A stretch of DNA of 42,840 nt, taken from IMG/VR virus record IMGVR_UViG_3300045988_034730. One strand, written 5' to 3'. How positions within the stretch are numbered: position 1 is the stretch's first letter; the number at the start of each line of letters is the position of its first letter. This DNA is from a virus. Under the pieces are notes generated by a model, which was given only the letters and a program-made list of their open reading frames with translations, did no database searches and was not told the DNA's origin. This document shows positions 35,977 to 42,840 of the stretch, piece by piece. A program made the translations under genes and the position numbers.

Positions 35977-36972
35977 ATGCGCAAAAAATATATTTTTAAC
36001 ATTCAGGCATTTACAACTGTGCTGAATGCTTCCACATCCAGCACTTCCGGCAACAACCTTGCACCGGAAGTCAAGACCTATTATTCTGATTATCTGATCC
36101 AGCTTGCAGAAGCACAGCTTGTTCACGATCAGTTTGGACAGAAGAGAAACATCCCGTCCGGCAACGGTAAGTCTATCGAGTTCAGACAGTTCACACCGCT
36201 TGCAAAGATCACAGAAGCCCTTGTCGAGGGTGTTACACCGGATGGACAGGCACTTGACACTTCCACGATCACTGCAACTGTAAAGCAGTACGGCGGATAT
36301 GTTGTTATCACGGATATCCTTGACCTTACAGCAATCGACAATATCAAGACGGAAGCTGTTCAGCTTATCGGGTCTCAGGCGGGCAGATCCCTTGATACGG
36401 TTGTCAGAGAGGTGTTAAACGGCGGCACAAACGTCCAGTACCATGAGGGAGAGAGAGCAAGCCGTTCTGCCATCACCGCAACTGATACTCTTACTGTGAA
36501 AGCAGTCAGGGCAGCAGTCCGAACCTTAAAGAGACAGAACGCGGAAACTATCGACGGCTCCTTCGTTGGAATCATCCATCCGGATGTCGCATTCGATCTT
36601 ATGTCTGATCCGACGTGGGTGGAATGGCACAAGTACACGGACAATGACGCAATGTTTACCAATGAGATCGGTAAGATCGCAAATGTCCGGTTTGTCGAGA
36701 CCACAGAAGCGAAGATCTTCGAAGATGCTGGCGGAGCTGCTTCAGCCAAGTTCGACATCTATTCCACACTGATTATCGCAAAGAACGCATATGGTACAAC
36801 GAACATCGAGGGCGGCGGACTTGAGCTTATCACCAAGCAGAAGGGTTCTGCCGGTACTGCGGATCCGCTTGACCAGCGTTCCACTGTCGGTTGGAAAGCA
36901 ACAAAGACAGCAGAGAGACTCGTTGAGGACTACATGGTCCGTATCGAGACAGCCTGCTCTTACGCAGCCTAA
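35977..36972 (+). CDS. Major capsid protein.
   Basis: 331 aa. The N-terminus MRKKYIFNIQAF-TTVLN is a second Prp-type motif. The gene follows the scaffold gene and is followed by a strong terminator, both typical of a major capsid gene. Confidence 0.7.
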   Translation: MRKKYIFNIQAFTTVLNASTSSTSGNNLAPEVKTYYSDYLIQLAEAQLVHDQFGQKRNIPSGNGKSIEFRQFTPLAKITEALVEGVTPDGQALDTSTITATVKQYGGYVVITDILDLTAIDNIKTEAVQLIGSQAGRSLDTVVREVLNGGTNVQYHEGERASRSAITATDTLTVKAVRAAVRTLKRQNAETIDGSFVGIIHPDVAFDLMSDPTWVEWHKYTDNDAMFTNEIGKIANVRFVETTEAKIFEDAGGAASAKFDIYSTLIIAKNAYGTTNIEGGGLELITKQKGSAGTADPLDQRSTVGWKATKTAERLVEDYMVRIETACSYAA

Positions 36973-37002
36973 TTACCGGGCGGAGGTTTTAGCCCGCCCT
37001 TA

Positions 37003-37034
37003 GGGAAGTGTAGCCTCCGCACTTCCCTATTTTT
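37003..37034 (+). terminator. Intrinsic terminator after the capsid gene.
   Basis: Stem gggaagtg / cacttccc of 8 bp with a 9-nt loop, followed by tattttt. It is preceded by a second hairpin, gggcgg...ccgccc, at 36978-36999. Confidence 0.75.
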
Positions 37035-37046
37035 GGAGGATAATTT

Positions 37047-37352
37047 ATGCCAAGAAAAGCAGAAGTACAGGAAGAAGTAAAAGAAGTACAGGAAGAAGTA
37101 CAGGCAGAAGAAACTAATACAGAAAAGCCGGGCGTTGAATACGTGGATCATGCTCCGCTTTTCCGTGACGGCGAAAAGTATAAAAACCCATTAAACGTCA
37201 TTGTCAATGGCGTGAAGTATTCCGTTCCGCGCGGAGTGCCGTTAAGACTGCCGAAGGTAGTAGCAGAGGTCATTGACCAGAGTATCGCACAGGACGCATA
37301 TGCGGCAGAGCTTGACCGCAAGATGCAGGAAGCACAGGTAACTGTATTCTAA
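37047..37352 (+). CDS. Hypothetical protein (head-associated?).
   Basis: GGAGGA ribosome-binding site. 101 aa with an acidic EEV-repeat N-terminus. Confidence 0.45.
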   Translation: MPRKAEVQEEVKEVQEEVQAEETNTEKPGVEYVDHAPLFRDGEKYKNPLNVIVNGVKYSVPRGVPLRLPKVVAEVIDQSIAQDAYAAELDRKMQEAQVTVF

Positions 37353-37362
37353 GGAGGTAGCT

Positions 37363-37581
37363 ATGAAGTTATCCAACACAACTTATGATATCCTCAAGTG
37401 GGCCGCGCAGTATCTTCTCCCTGCGGCTGGCACACTGTACTTTTCCATCTCCCAGATCTGGGGACTTCCGTATGGGGAACAGGTGGTCGGTACGATCACT
37501 GCGTTAGACACGTTCCTCGGAGTGCTTCTCGGTCTGAGCAGCAACACATATAATAAGGAGATTCCGACAGATGAGGATTAG
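37363..37581 (+). CDS. Holin (phiLC3/SPP1-like).
   Basis: 72 aa with two predicted transmembrane segments. Characteristic sequence ...KWAAQYLLPAAGTLYFSISQIWGLPYGEQVVGTITALDTFLGVLLGL..., immediately upstream of the endolysin with an overlap. Confidence 0.75.
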   Translation: MKLSNTTYDILKWAAQYLLPAAGTLYFSISQIWGLPYGEQVVGTITALDTFLGVLLGLSSNTYNKEIPTDED

Positions 37582-38257
37582 CGAGAACGGCTTGAATCTG
37601 ATTAAGAGCTTTGAAGGCTGTCGCCTGACTGCCTACAAATGCCCTGCCGGTGTCTGGACCATCGGATGGGGACACACCGGCGGCGTGAAACCTGGGCAGA
37701 AGATCACGCAGGCAGAAGCGGATCAGATGCTTGTATCTGATATGACAGCATACGAGCACAAGGTTGACAAGTACGCTTCCTATCACTGGAACCAGAATGA
37801 GTTTGACGCGCTGACTTCCTTTGCATACAATGTCGGCAGCATTGACCAGCTCACAGCGAACGGGACAAGGAACCGTGCCACGATTGCGGAGAAGATCCTG
37901 CAATACAATAAAGGTGGCGGAAAGGTTCTCCCCGGACTCACAAAGCGGCGTGAGGCGGAAAGAAAACTTTTCCTTACACCAGTTATGGCAAAGCCGTTTG
38001 TCCCGCACTGGGAAAAAGATGGTAATACCTGGTATTACCGCATTGGCGAACGCCAGAACGCGCATGGCTGGCAGAAGATCCGAAATGCGGACGGAAAGAT
38101 CCGTTGGTATTACTTTGACTCCGATGGCAAGATGTGTACCGGCTGGAAGAAAATCGGTAACGAATGGTTTTATCTGGAGACCACCGGCGATTTTGAGGGT
38201 GCGTGCTATGTTACAGACAGCAAAGGTGCGCAGTCTGTAATGATCGTAAAAGAGTGA
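37571..38257 (+). CDS. Endolysin: GH24 lysozyme domain plus C-terminal choline-binding-type cell-wall-binding repeats.
   Basis: N-terminus GLNLIKSFEGCRLTAYKCPAGVWTIGWGHT matches the phage lysozyme family. C-terminal repeats GWQKIRNADGKIRWYYFDSDGKMCTGWKKIGNEWFYL. Confidence 0.85.
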   Translation: MRISENGLNLIKSFEGCRLTAYKCPAGVWTIGWGHTGGVKPGQKITQAEADQMLVSDMTAYEHKVDKYASYHWNQNEFDALTSFAYNVGSIDQLTANGTRNRATIAEKILQYNKGGGKVLPGLTKRREAERKLFLTPVMAKPFVPHWEKDGNTWYYRIGERQNAHGWQKIRNADGKIRWYYFDSDGKMCTGWKKIGNEWFYLETTGDFEGACYVTDSKGAQSVMIVKE

Positions 38258-38259
38258 TG

Positions 38260-38283
38260 ATATCACACGAAATATCACACGAA
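38260..38283. repeat. Two tandem direct repeats of atatcacacgaa; candidate integrase arm-type sites on the left side of attP.
   Basis: 12-bp period. The same motif recurs at 38458-38480. Confidence 0.6.
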
Positions 38284-38293
38284 CCCTCGCAAA

Positions 38294-38341
38294 CCCTTTA
38301 TTTATAAGGGGTATACGAGGGTTCGAATCCCTCCGTCTCCG
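38294..38341 (+). other. attP core with a tRNA 3'-half-like segment (anticodon arm through acceptor 3' strand). It is not a complete tRNA gene.
   Basis: Canonical T-arm gaggg-TTCGAAT-ccctc followed by a 7-nt acceptor strand and discriminator. An upstream 5-bp stem ccctt/aaggg carries a 7-nt loop. No 5' acceptor strand or D-arm is present. Confidence 0.6.
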
Positions 38342-38457
38342 CTTTTGGGGAATCCTTGAGTTTACTGGGATTCCCTTATTTTATGCCTGTTTGCGGGAAT
38401 TTTGGAAAGATGTTATCAGTGCGTTTAGAATGGTAAAAGTGCAGATTTACGGGGAAA

Positions 38458-38480
38458 GTATCACACGAAGTATCACACGA
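38458..38480. repeat. Two tandem direct repeats of gtatcacacga(a); candidate arm-type sites on the right side of attP, overlapping the integrase stop codon.
   Basis: Same 12-bp motif and orientation as 38260-38283. Confidence 0.6.
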
Positions 38481-39507
38481 CAAAACGGTTCTTTTTTGCA
38501 TATTCTTCTTCAATTTTAGCGCGTTCCTCATCAATGACATTCTCGTAGACACGCTTCAGGACAGAGCTTCCAGGCTTCCATCCGCCAATGGCTTCGATGT
38601 AGCGATCTGGTACACCATCGACATGCATCTGGGACGCTGCGTAATGCCGTAAGTCATGGAAGCGGAAGGATGGAAGACCGGCGTTTCGGAGCGCCTTTCT
38701 GAAATGCCGGTAAAGGATGTCCGGCGACATACCCACAACGGTATCTTTATCATGGTGAATCGTTTTCACAAGGTCGATCACATATTGCGGTACACGAACG
38801 GTCCGATACGAATTATATGTTTTCGGATTGTGAATGACCCATTTCCAGTCGTCGGTCTCAGAGATCCCTTTGTTGATCCGTATGGTGCAGTTTTCGTAGT
38901 CAATATCATCGAAGGTGACAGCACATGCTTCTCCCCGCCGCATTGTCCCAACCGCAGCAAATAGGATCCCTGCCTTGGTCTCAGGTGAATCACAATGATC
39001 GAGAAGGGACTGGACATCACTGGCAGAAGGCGTGTAGTATTCTAACTTCCTTTTCTGCGGAAATGTAATGTTTGGAGTAAATGCGGGAAGATATACGGAG
39101 AGTGCTGCGGATATGAGACCGAACACGTTTCGGACGTATTTTGGTGAGTGCTCCATAGAAAGATCGGAAACAAACCTCTGCAAATCAGTATTTTTAACGA
39201 CAGACAAATCAGCAGATGCAATCTTGTGTGTCTGGATACGGCGAAGCGCAGTGCAATAACCTTTGATTGTTGATGGTGACAGCACATTCCGCTTCATTTC
39301 AATGTACCTCTCGCACGCCTGTGCGACCGTCAGAGACTCTTTCAGCTCTCTTCGGTGATTCTTCCACTCGGTAGCCAAAGCCTGTGCCTGTGCCTTTGTG
39401 GGAGCTGTGAAGCTCTTGTAGTGTTTCTTTCCGTCATTATCCGTGTAGTCGTAGACCTGTACGCGGATATTCCCGGATGGCAGTTCGTTTTTCTTCTTTC
39501 TTGCCAT
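38473..39507 (-). CDS. int: Tyrosine integrase (phage integrase family).
   Basis: 344 aa. Catalytic region ...RRGEACAV...RFHDLRHYAASQ...Y. AAGGAGGAATTGTG ribosome-binding site. The gene sits next to the attP-like site at the end of the lysogeny module. Confidence 0.85.
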   Translation of the reverse strand: MARKKKNELPSGNIRVQVYDYTDNDGKKHYKSFTAPTKAQAQALATEWKNHRRELKESLTVAQACERYIEMKRNVLSPSTIKGYCTALRRIQTHKIASADLSVVKNTDLQRFVSDLSMEHSPKYVRNVFGLISAALSVYLPAFTPNITFPQKRKLEYYTPSASDVQSLLDHCDSPETKAGILFAAVGTMRRGEACAVTFDDIDYENCTIRINKGISETDDWKWVIHNPKTYNSYRTVRVPQYVIDLVKTIHHDKDTVVGMSPDILYRHFRKALRNAGLPSFRFHDLRHYAASQMHVDGVPDRYIEAIGGWKPGSSVLKRVYENVIDEERAKIEEEYAKKNRFVV

Positions 39508-39605
39508 TACACAATTCCTCCTTGCTTAAAATAAGGGGGAGTGCTACAATATAGGCATTCCAATATTGAAATCCATAACTCACATGTAACCTCCCCTGGT
39601 TGCAG

Positions 39606-39640
39606 AAATCCCCCAGTGATTCAGACCCACTGGGGGATTT
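39606..39640. terminator. Hairpin with a 13-bp stem and T-rich flanks on both strands, immediately downstream of the - strand gene 39642-40871.
   Basis: aaatcccccagtg-attcagacc-cactgggggattt. On the - strand it is followed by tttctgc. Confidence 0.6.
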
Positions 39641-39641
39641 T

Positions 39642-40871
39642 CTATACAGCTTTTGGAAAATCCGTATAGTCAATAGACTGTGTGTGAAGATTTCCATCAG
39701 GAACCGGATATAGCGTAATAGTTTTCCCAACGGCTCCAGAATCATCAACATAGAATTCCATCAAATTGCTGGCTTTGGTGGATATGGTATCATCTCCAAA
39801 TAAGTGTGTCGGACCATAAAAGGTTTTTCCAGTGCAGTAGTAGAATATATAAATTCCGACAGGAATATCAATATCAACGACTTGCCCGGCTTTTACATAG
39901 AACGCGATGTCGTTCCCATAATCATTGGAGAAATCATAACTTGGATCAGTTTTTTCACTATGTTTAAAAAATTTTAGATAAATATAATAATCGCTATCAG
40001 AAGACGCTTGGACTTCAAGCGGGCATATTCCTTCATTGCTTGGTTTCACAAAGCATTCCCCATTACCGGCTTTTACAACCGGATATGAATTTTTAACCGG
40101 AGATCCCCAAGTTTGTGTTCCGGCCGTATAAGTAGAATCAGTCTTGGAACTGGATACTGTACTTCCACTTAAGTCCTGATAAAAACAAACTATCAATAAG
40201 ACTACGGCGCAGACCATAATTGCTGCTAAAGCGAACATGGGGTGTATACCAAAGCGTTTTTTTACTGGTTCCTTAGAACGACTTTCATCTGCCGAATTAG
40301 AGTTCGTAGTAGAGAATTCGTTTTTCATAAATGCATCAGAGTACTTACCAGACGATGCAATATATACTTCTCCATCCCTAAAATTATAAACAGTGTCGTT
40401 TTTAAAAACGATCATGAAATCCCTGACGTTCCCAACCAGGCGGATAATATCATCTATTTTTATTCTCAATATGCTTTTATAACCATTATTGCTACAAACA
40501 AGATCAAAATCTTTTCCATAAGGATATGGCAACTCTCCTGAATTTCCATAATCGGTTCTTATTGATATATAAGGATAAAGAATGATGTATTTTGTCAAGA
40601 AATCGGAAATCACTTCCTGTGCCTGTTCATTCATATAAAGGAAATTGTATATCTTAAACTCAAAACGTTTGGGGTTTTCGATATACATTTCAGTCAGTTT
40701 TTTTTCTATCTCCACGTAGTTCATTATTCGGGAAGCACAATGAAGCTCTTTAAGATTATGGGAGTGAGTGTGCAACCCAAAAGCAGAAACATATTGCCAA
40801 TACTGTTTTTCTGATATAAATACGGTTAGATTTTTTATAAAGTAGAAACCTTCAAAGACATCAGGCGCCAT
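39642..40871 (-). CDS. Membrane-anchored protein encoded in the lysogeny module; AT-rich. Candidate superinfection-exclusion, abortive-infection or lysogenic-conversion protein.
   Basis: 409 aa with a single central transmembrane helix, FGIHPMFALAAIMVCAVVLLIVCFY. The coding sequence is visibly AT-richer than its neighbours. It has its own terminator and sits between int and immA. Confidence 0.5.
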   Translation of the reverse strand: MAPDVFEGFYFIKNLTVFISEKQYWQYVSAFGLHTHSHNLKELHCASRIMNYVEIEKKLTEMYIENPKRFEFKIYNFLYMNEQAQEVISDFLTKYIILYPYISIRTDYGNSGELPYPYGKDFDLVCSNNGYKSILRIKIDDIIRLVGNVRDFMIVFKNDTVYNFRDGEVYIASSGKYSDAFMKNEFSTTNSNSADESRSKEPVKKRFGIHPMFALAAIMVCAVVLLIVCFYQDLSGSTVSSSKTDSTYTAGTQTWGSPVKNSYPVVKAGNGECFVKPSNEGICPLEVQASSDSDYYIYLKFFKHSEKTDPSYDFSNDYGNDIAFYVKAGQVVDIDIPVGIYIFYYCTGKTFYGPTHLFGDDTISTKASNLMEFYVDDSGAVGKTITLYPVPDGNLHTQSIDYTDFPKAV

Positions 40872-40881
40872 ATATGTTCCT

Positions 40882-41313
40882 CTATTTCAATCTCAACTCC
40901 AGCAGTTCCTTCGGATATCCTGTACACTGGCAAAATTGCTCTTCGGTATATCCCCGGTACTGCGTCAACAGTTCCTCTGATATCAGCAGGTGTGCCGCGA
41001 ACAGGTTCGCCCTGCGCTCCAGCTTCGATACCAGTAATAATGTTTTATTGCGTATAAAGTAACAGTTCGCCTTGCGGTCTAAGAGTGCGTGACCTAACTC
41101 ATGTGCCATCACAAGGCGAAGCTCTTCACGGCTCAGCTGATTACTTAAGAATATGTACCGGTGGTTCTTGAGGAACATGTAACAACCTTCGTGCTTGCAG
41201 TTCCCTATCTGGTACAACACACCAAGCTGATCGGCAATCTCGAACGGATCATCTGTACCGCATTTTCTTTTGTAGTATGATACAAGCCGTTTCACTCGTG
41301 CCAGATCGTCCAT
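40882..41313 (-). CDS. immA: ImmA/IrrE-family metallopeptidase (antirepressor protease).
   Basis: HEXXH motif in VMAHELGHALLD. The gene lies immediately downstream of the HTH repressor, a canonical pairing. Confidence 0.8.
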   Translation of the reverse strand: MDDLARVKRLVSYYKRKCGTDDPFEIADQLGVLYQIGNCKHEGCYMFLKNHRYIFLSNQLSREELRLVMAHELGHALLDRKANCYFIRNKTLLLVSKLERRANLFAAHLLISEELLTQYRGYTEEQFCQCTGYPKELLELRLK

Positions 41314-41324
41314 AATGACATCAC

Positions 41325-41750
41325 CTACTTCTTATAACGCTTGTTCGTATACTTTTCTTTATTTATCATCTTTAGTCTTCGCAACGCGATTTCCAACTCG
41401 TCTTTAAATAATGCAGCCGCCTCCGGATCCAGGTCCTCGCCATTATAACATGCCGGGCCGCTTTCACCAGCGGTAAGTTTTTCCATGATCCGGTCGAGGT
41501 CTTTCGCAATGTCCCGCTCGTCCTTTGCAGTCAGCTCCGGGGCTTTTTCTTTCGGCTCTTCTTTGCCTGTCATGAGGTATTCAACAGTTACACCAAAGTA
41601 GTCAGCTATCTTTTGTAGTTTCTCTTGCTTAGGCGTATATCTTCCTTTTTTCCAACTGGTTAAAGTTGCTGTTGTGATACCGGTTGCTTTAGCTACTTTA
41701 TAAGCCGTTATTCCGTGTTCGGCCAACAGTCGTTCAAATACTTCATACAT
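41325..41750 (-). CDS. immR: XRE-family HTH repressor (CI/ImmR-like).
   Basis: N-terminal HTH ...ITAYKVAKATGITTATLTSWKKGRYTPKQEKLQKIADYFGVTVEYL. It is divergent from the cro-like gene. Confidence 0.8.
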   Translation of the reverse strand: MYEVFERLLAEHGITAYKVAKATGITTATLTSWKKGRYTPKQEKLQKIADYFGVTVEYLMTGKEEPKEKAPELTAKDERDIAKDLDRIMEKLTAGESGPACYNGEDLDPEAAALFKDELEIALRRLKMINKEKYTNKRYKK

Positions 41751-41770
41751 GGCATTCCTTTCCGCTTAAA

Positions 41771-41929
41771 ATAGCATAGAAAAATTAGCTAAAATCATTG
41801 ACAAACATAGAAAACTATGCTATTGTATGAATGTAGCAAAGATTTCTAAGCTATATAACAAATAAAGCTCTGGTTTCTTATTTAACTTAGGTGGTACTTT
41901 GATTATATAAGAAACCTTAGCTAAAGTCA
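41771..41929. promoter_or_regulatory. Immunity-switch control region with operator-like repeats.
   Basis: Inverted repeat atagcatag (41771-41779) / ctatgctat (41815-41823) flanks a -35 element. Direct repeat ttagctaaaRtca at 41785-41797 and 41917-41929, each abutting a -35 hexamer. Confidence 0.5.
41798..41826 (+). promoter_or_regulatory. Candidate rightward lytic promoter: TTGACA, 17-nt spacer, TATTGT, with a TGn extension.
   Basis: -35 at 41798-41803 and -10 at 41821-41826, upstream of the cro-like gene. Confidence 0.4.
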
Positions 41930-41930
41930 A
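41902..41930 (-). promoter_or_regulatory. Candidate leftward maintenance promoter: TTGACT, 17-nt spacer, TATAAT. It is oriented face-to-face with the rightward promoter.
   Basis: On the - strand the -35 is the complement of 41925-41930 and the -10 the complement of 41902-41907. It would read toward immR with a 5' UTR of about 145 nt. Confidence 0.45.
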
Positions 41931-41957
41931 TACATTTTGCTAAGGAGGTGTCGAAAA

Positions 41958-42149
41958 TTGTATAAAAAATATGCCGAGTTAAGGGATAATGCGGGGCTTA
42001 CCGATTATAGGGTGTCGAAAGATACAGGAATTTCAACCGCTACGCTTTCGAGCTGGAAGAATGGAAACTATTCTCCGAAGTTCGACAAGCTTCTGACCCT
42101 CGCCAAATACTTCAATGTTCCGGTCGAGTATTTCGCGGACGAGGAGTAA
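41958..42149 (+). CDS. Cro-like XRE-family HTH protein with a TTG start.
   Basis: AGGAGGTG ribosome-binding site 7 nt before the TTG at 41958. HTH ...LTDYRVSKDTGISTATLSSWKNGNYSPKFDKLLTLAKYFNV. Confidence 0.65.
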   Translation: MYKKYAELRDNAGLTDYRVSKDTGISTATLSSWKNGNYSPKFDKLLTLAKYFNVPVEYFADEE

Positions 42150-42170
42150 CAATCAGGGGAGGTGCAGAAC

Positions 42171-42404
42171 ATGGCAAAGAGTTTAACCGACAATGCAATC
42201 ATCAACTTCCGCTGCGACTTCCACAGATTAAAGGAAATCCTCGGATATGATGACAAGCAGCTTGCGAAGTATCTGGGATGCTCAGAAAGCACGGTTAGGA
42301 AGCTCCGTAGGGAGCCGATGAATGTAAGCGGAAAATATATCCTGTTGGTGCAGGCGCACTTAGCACAGGAAGATGCCAAAAGGTGGGGAGGAGTACTGAA
42401 ATGA
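42171..42404 (+). CDS. Hypothetical DNA-binding (HTH-like) early protein.
   Basis: ATG at 42171 sits after GGGGAGGTG. Contains ...LAKYLGCSESTVRKLRREP. Confidence 0.45.
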   Translation: MAKSLTDNAIINFRCDFHRLKEILGYDDKQLAKYLGCSESTVRKLRREPMNVSGKYILLVQAHLAQEDAKRWGGVLK

Positions 42405-42637
42405 GAGCGTTAGTTGTAACAATGGGCCAGAACGAAGCAAAGCGCCGGATCCGCGCGAAGAAACGCCAGATGATTGTCCGGGCGCTTGTCCGGTACGCAG
42501 TAAGACTTGCGATTCTGCTGTTTGCATGGATTGGAATCTTCACTCTTGTCGTGCCGTACAGCACGATAGGAGTAGCGATCGTTACCGCGTTTCTGGCGAT
42601 GGTGCCGATGATGTGGGGAATGGAGGATATGGAATGA
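42401..42637 (+). CDS. Small membrane protein.
   Basis: ATG at 42401 sits after GGGGAGGAG. Two hydrophobic helices, ILLFAWIGIFTLVV and IGVAIVTAFLAMVPMMW. Confidence 0.45.
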   Translation: MRALVVTMGQNEAKRRIRAKKRQMIVRALVRYAVRLAILLFAWIGIFTLVVPYSTIGVAIVTAFLAMVPMMWGMEDME

Positions 42638-42840
42638 AGAAATATGAATTAATAGCCGAAAGCATTGTGGAGTTCGACAGAACACTTTTTAGAATTAAGG
42701 CTCTGGTAGCCTTTGGGAATGTTGAAGAGGGAGAGCTTGGAGGATTTGTCGAGAAAGAAGGAAATCTCGATCAGTCCGGCAATGCGTGGGTGTACGGCGA
42801 TGCGCGGGTGTACGGCAATGCGCGGGTGTACGGCAATGCG
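42634..42840 (+). CDS. 5' portion of a hexapeptide-repeat protein gene that crosses the window junction and continues at 1..487.
   Basis: ATG at 42634 overlaps the upstream stop (ATGA). Translation is MKKYELIAESIVEF...AWVYGDARVYGNARV. The frame matches ORF 5..487 once the 55-bp terminal duplicate is removed. The ORF track lists 42646, but codon counting gives 42634. Confidence 0.55.
   Translation, partial: MKKYELIAESIVEFDRTLFRIKALVAFGNVEEGELGGFVEKEGNLDQSGNAWVYGDARVYGNARVYGNA
42786..42840. repeat. Terminal overlap: an exact duplicate of bases 1-55. Either a circular-assembly artefact or terminal redundancy.
   Basis: A 55/55 identity. It sits inside the 18-bp tandem array, so the true copy number at the junction is uncertain by multiples of 18 bp. 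Confidence 0.85.

Larger units (their letters stand above)
1..42840. mobile_element. Complete circularised temperate phage genome. Unit length is about 42,785 bp; the window carries a 55-bp terminal overlap.
   Basis: Bases 42786-42840 are identical to bases 1-55. The ORF that starts at 42634 continues in frame into 5..487. The window holds a full set of phage modules: immunity, replication/recombination, terminase, portal, capsid, tail fibres, lysis, and integrase with attP. Confidence 0.8.

Noticed and set aside
37496-38278. A 260-aa minus-strand ORF antisense to the holin and endolysin.
   Set aside because: It is antisense to two well-supported lysis genes and has no ribosome-binding site.
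38294-38341. A complete tRNA gene.
   Set aside because: Only the T-arm, acceptor 3' strand and an anticodon-arm-like stem are present. There is no complementary 5' acceptor strand or D-arm, so this is an attP core fragment.

Overview
This window looks like a complete, circularised temperate phage genome with a unit length of about 42,785 bp. Bases 42786-42840 repeat bases 1-55 exactly, and one gene reads in frame across that junction. The host is probably a Firmicutes/Clostridia bacterium: Shine-Dalgarno GGAGG-type ribosome-binding sites are common, the endolysin carries choline-binding-type cell-wall repeats, and an ImmR/ImmA immunity pair is present.

Almost all genes are on the + strand and fall into four blocks.

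- Early region (about 42634 across the junction to 10728): a Cro-like HTH protein, a second HTH protein, a small membrane protein, a hexapeptide-repeat protein, an ERF-like single-strand annealing protein, a RusA resolvase, a replication-organiser-like protein, an atypical C5-methyltransferase-like protein, a PAPS-reductase-family PP-loop protein, a second tyrosine recombinase and many small hypotheticals.
- Intrinsic terminator at 10729-10759, marking the early/late boundary.
- Packaging and structural genes (10826-22427): terminase small and large subunits, portal, a Prp-like cysteine protease, and tail, fibre and receptor-binding proteins.
- A terminator and an XhlA-like protein, then a 3,972-aa protein containing N6-adenine methyltransferase, SNF2-like helicase and HExxH motifs (23042-34960), followed by scaffold, major capsid protein, holin and a GH24 endolysin.
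- Lysogeny module on the - strand: an attP-like site that carries a tRNA 3' fragment flanked by direct arm repeats (38260-38480), an integrase, an AT-rich gene for a membrane-anchored protein, ImmA and ImmR. Facing it are candidate face-to-face promoters with operator-like repeats.

No tape-measure, tail-tube or sheath gene is visible, so the virion is probably podovirus-like.

The most interesting signal is a likely invertible host-range cassette in the 476-aa tail-fibre gene. A perfect 18-bp inverted repeat sits at 21024-21041 and 21860-21877 in the same reading frame (both copies encode NNNLS). Between the repeats lie two C-terminal coding cassettes on opposite strands, abutting tail-to-tail at 21606/21607, inside an AT-rich compositional island. 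Other notable points are the giant DarB-like polyvalent protein, the Prp protease together with ribosomal-protein-L27-mimicking N-termini on scaffold and capsid, and a candidate lysogenic-conversion or exclusion gene in the int-immA gap.
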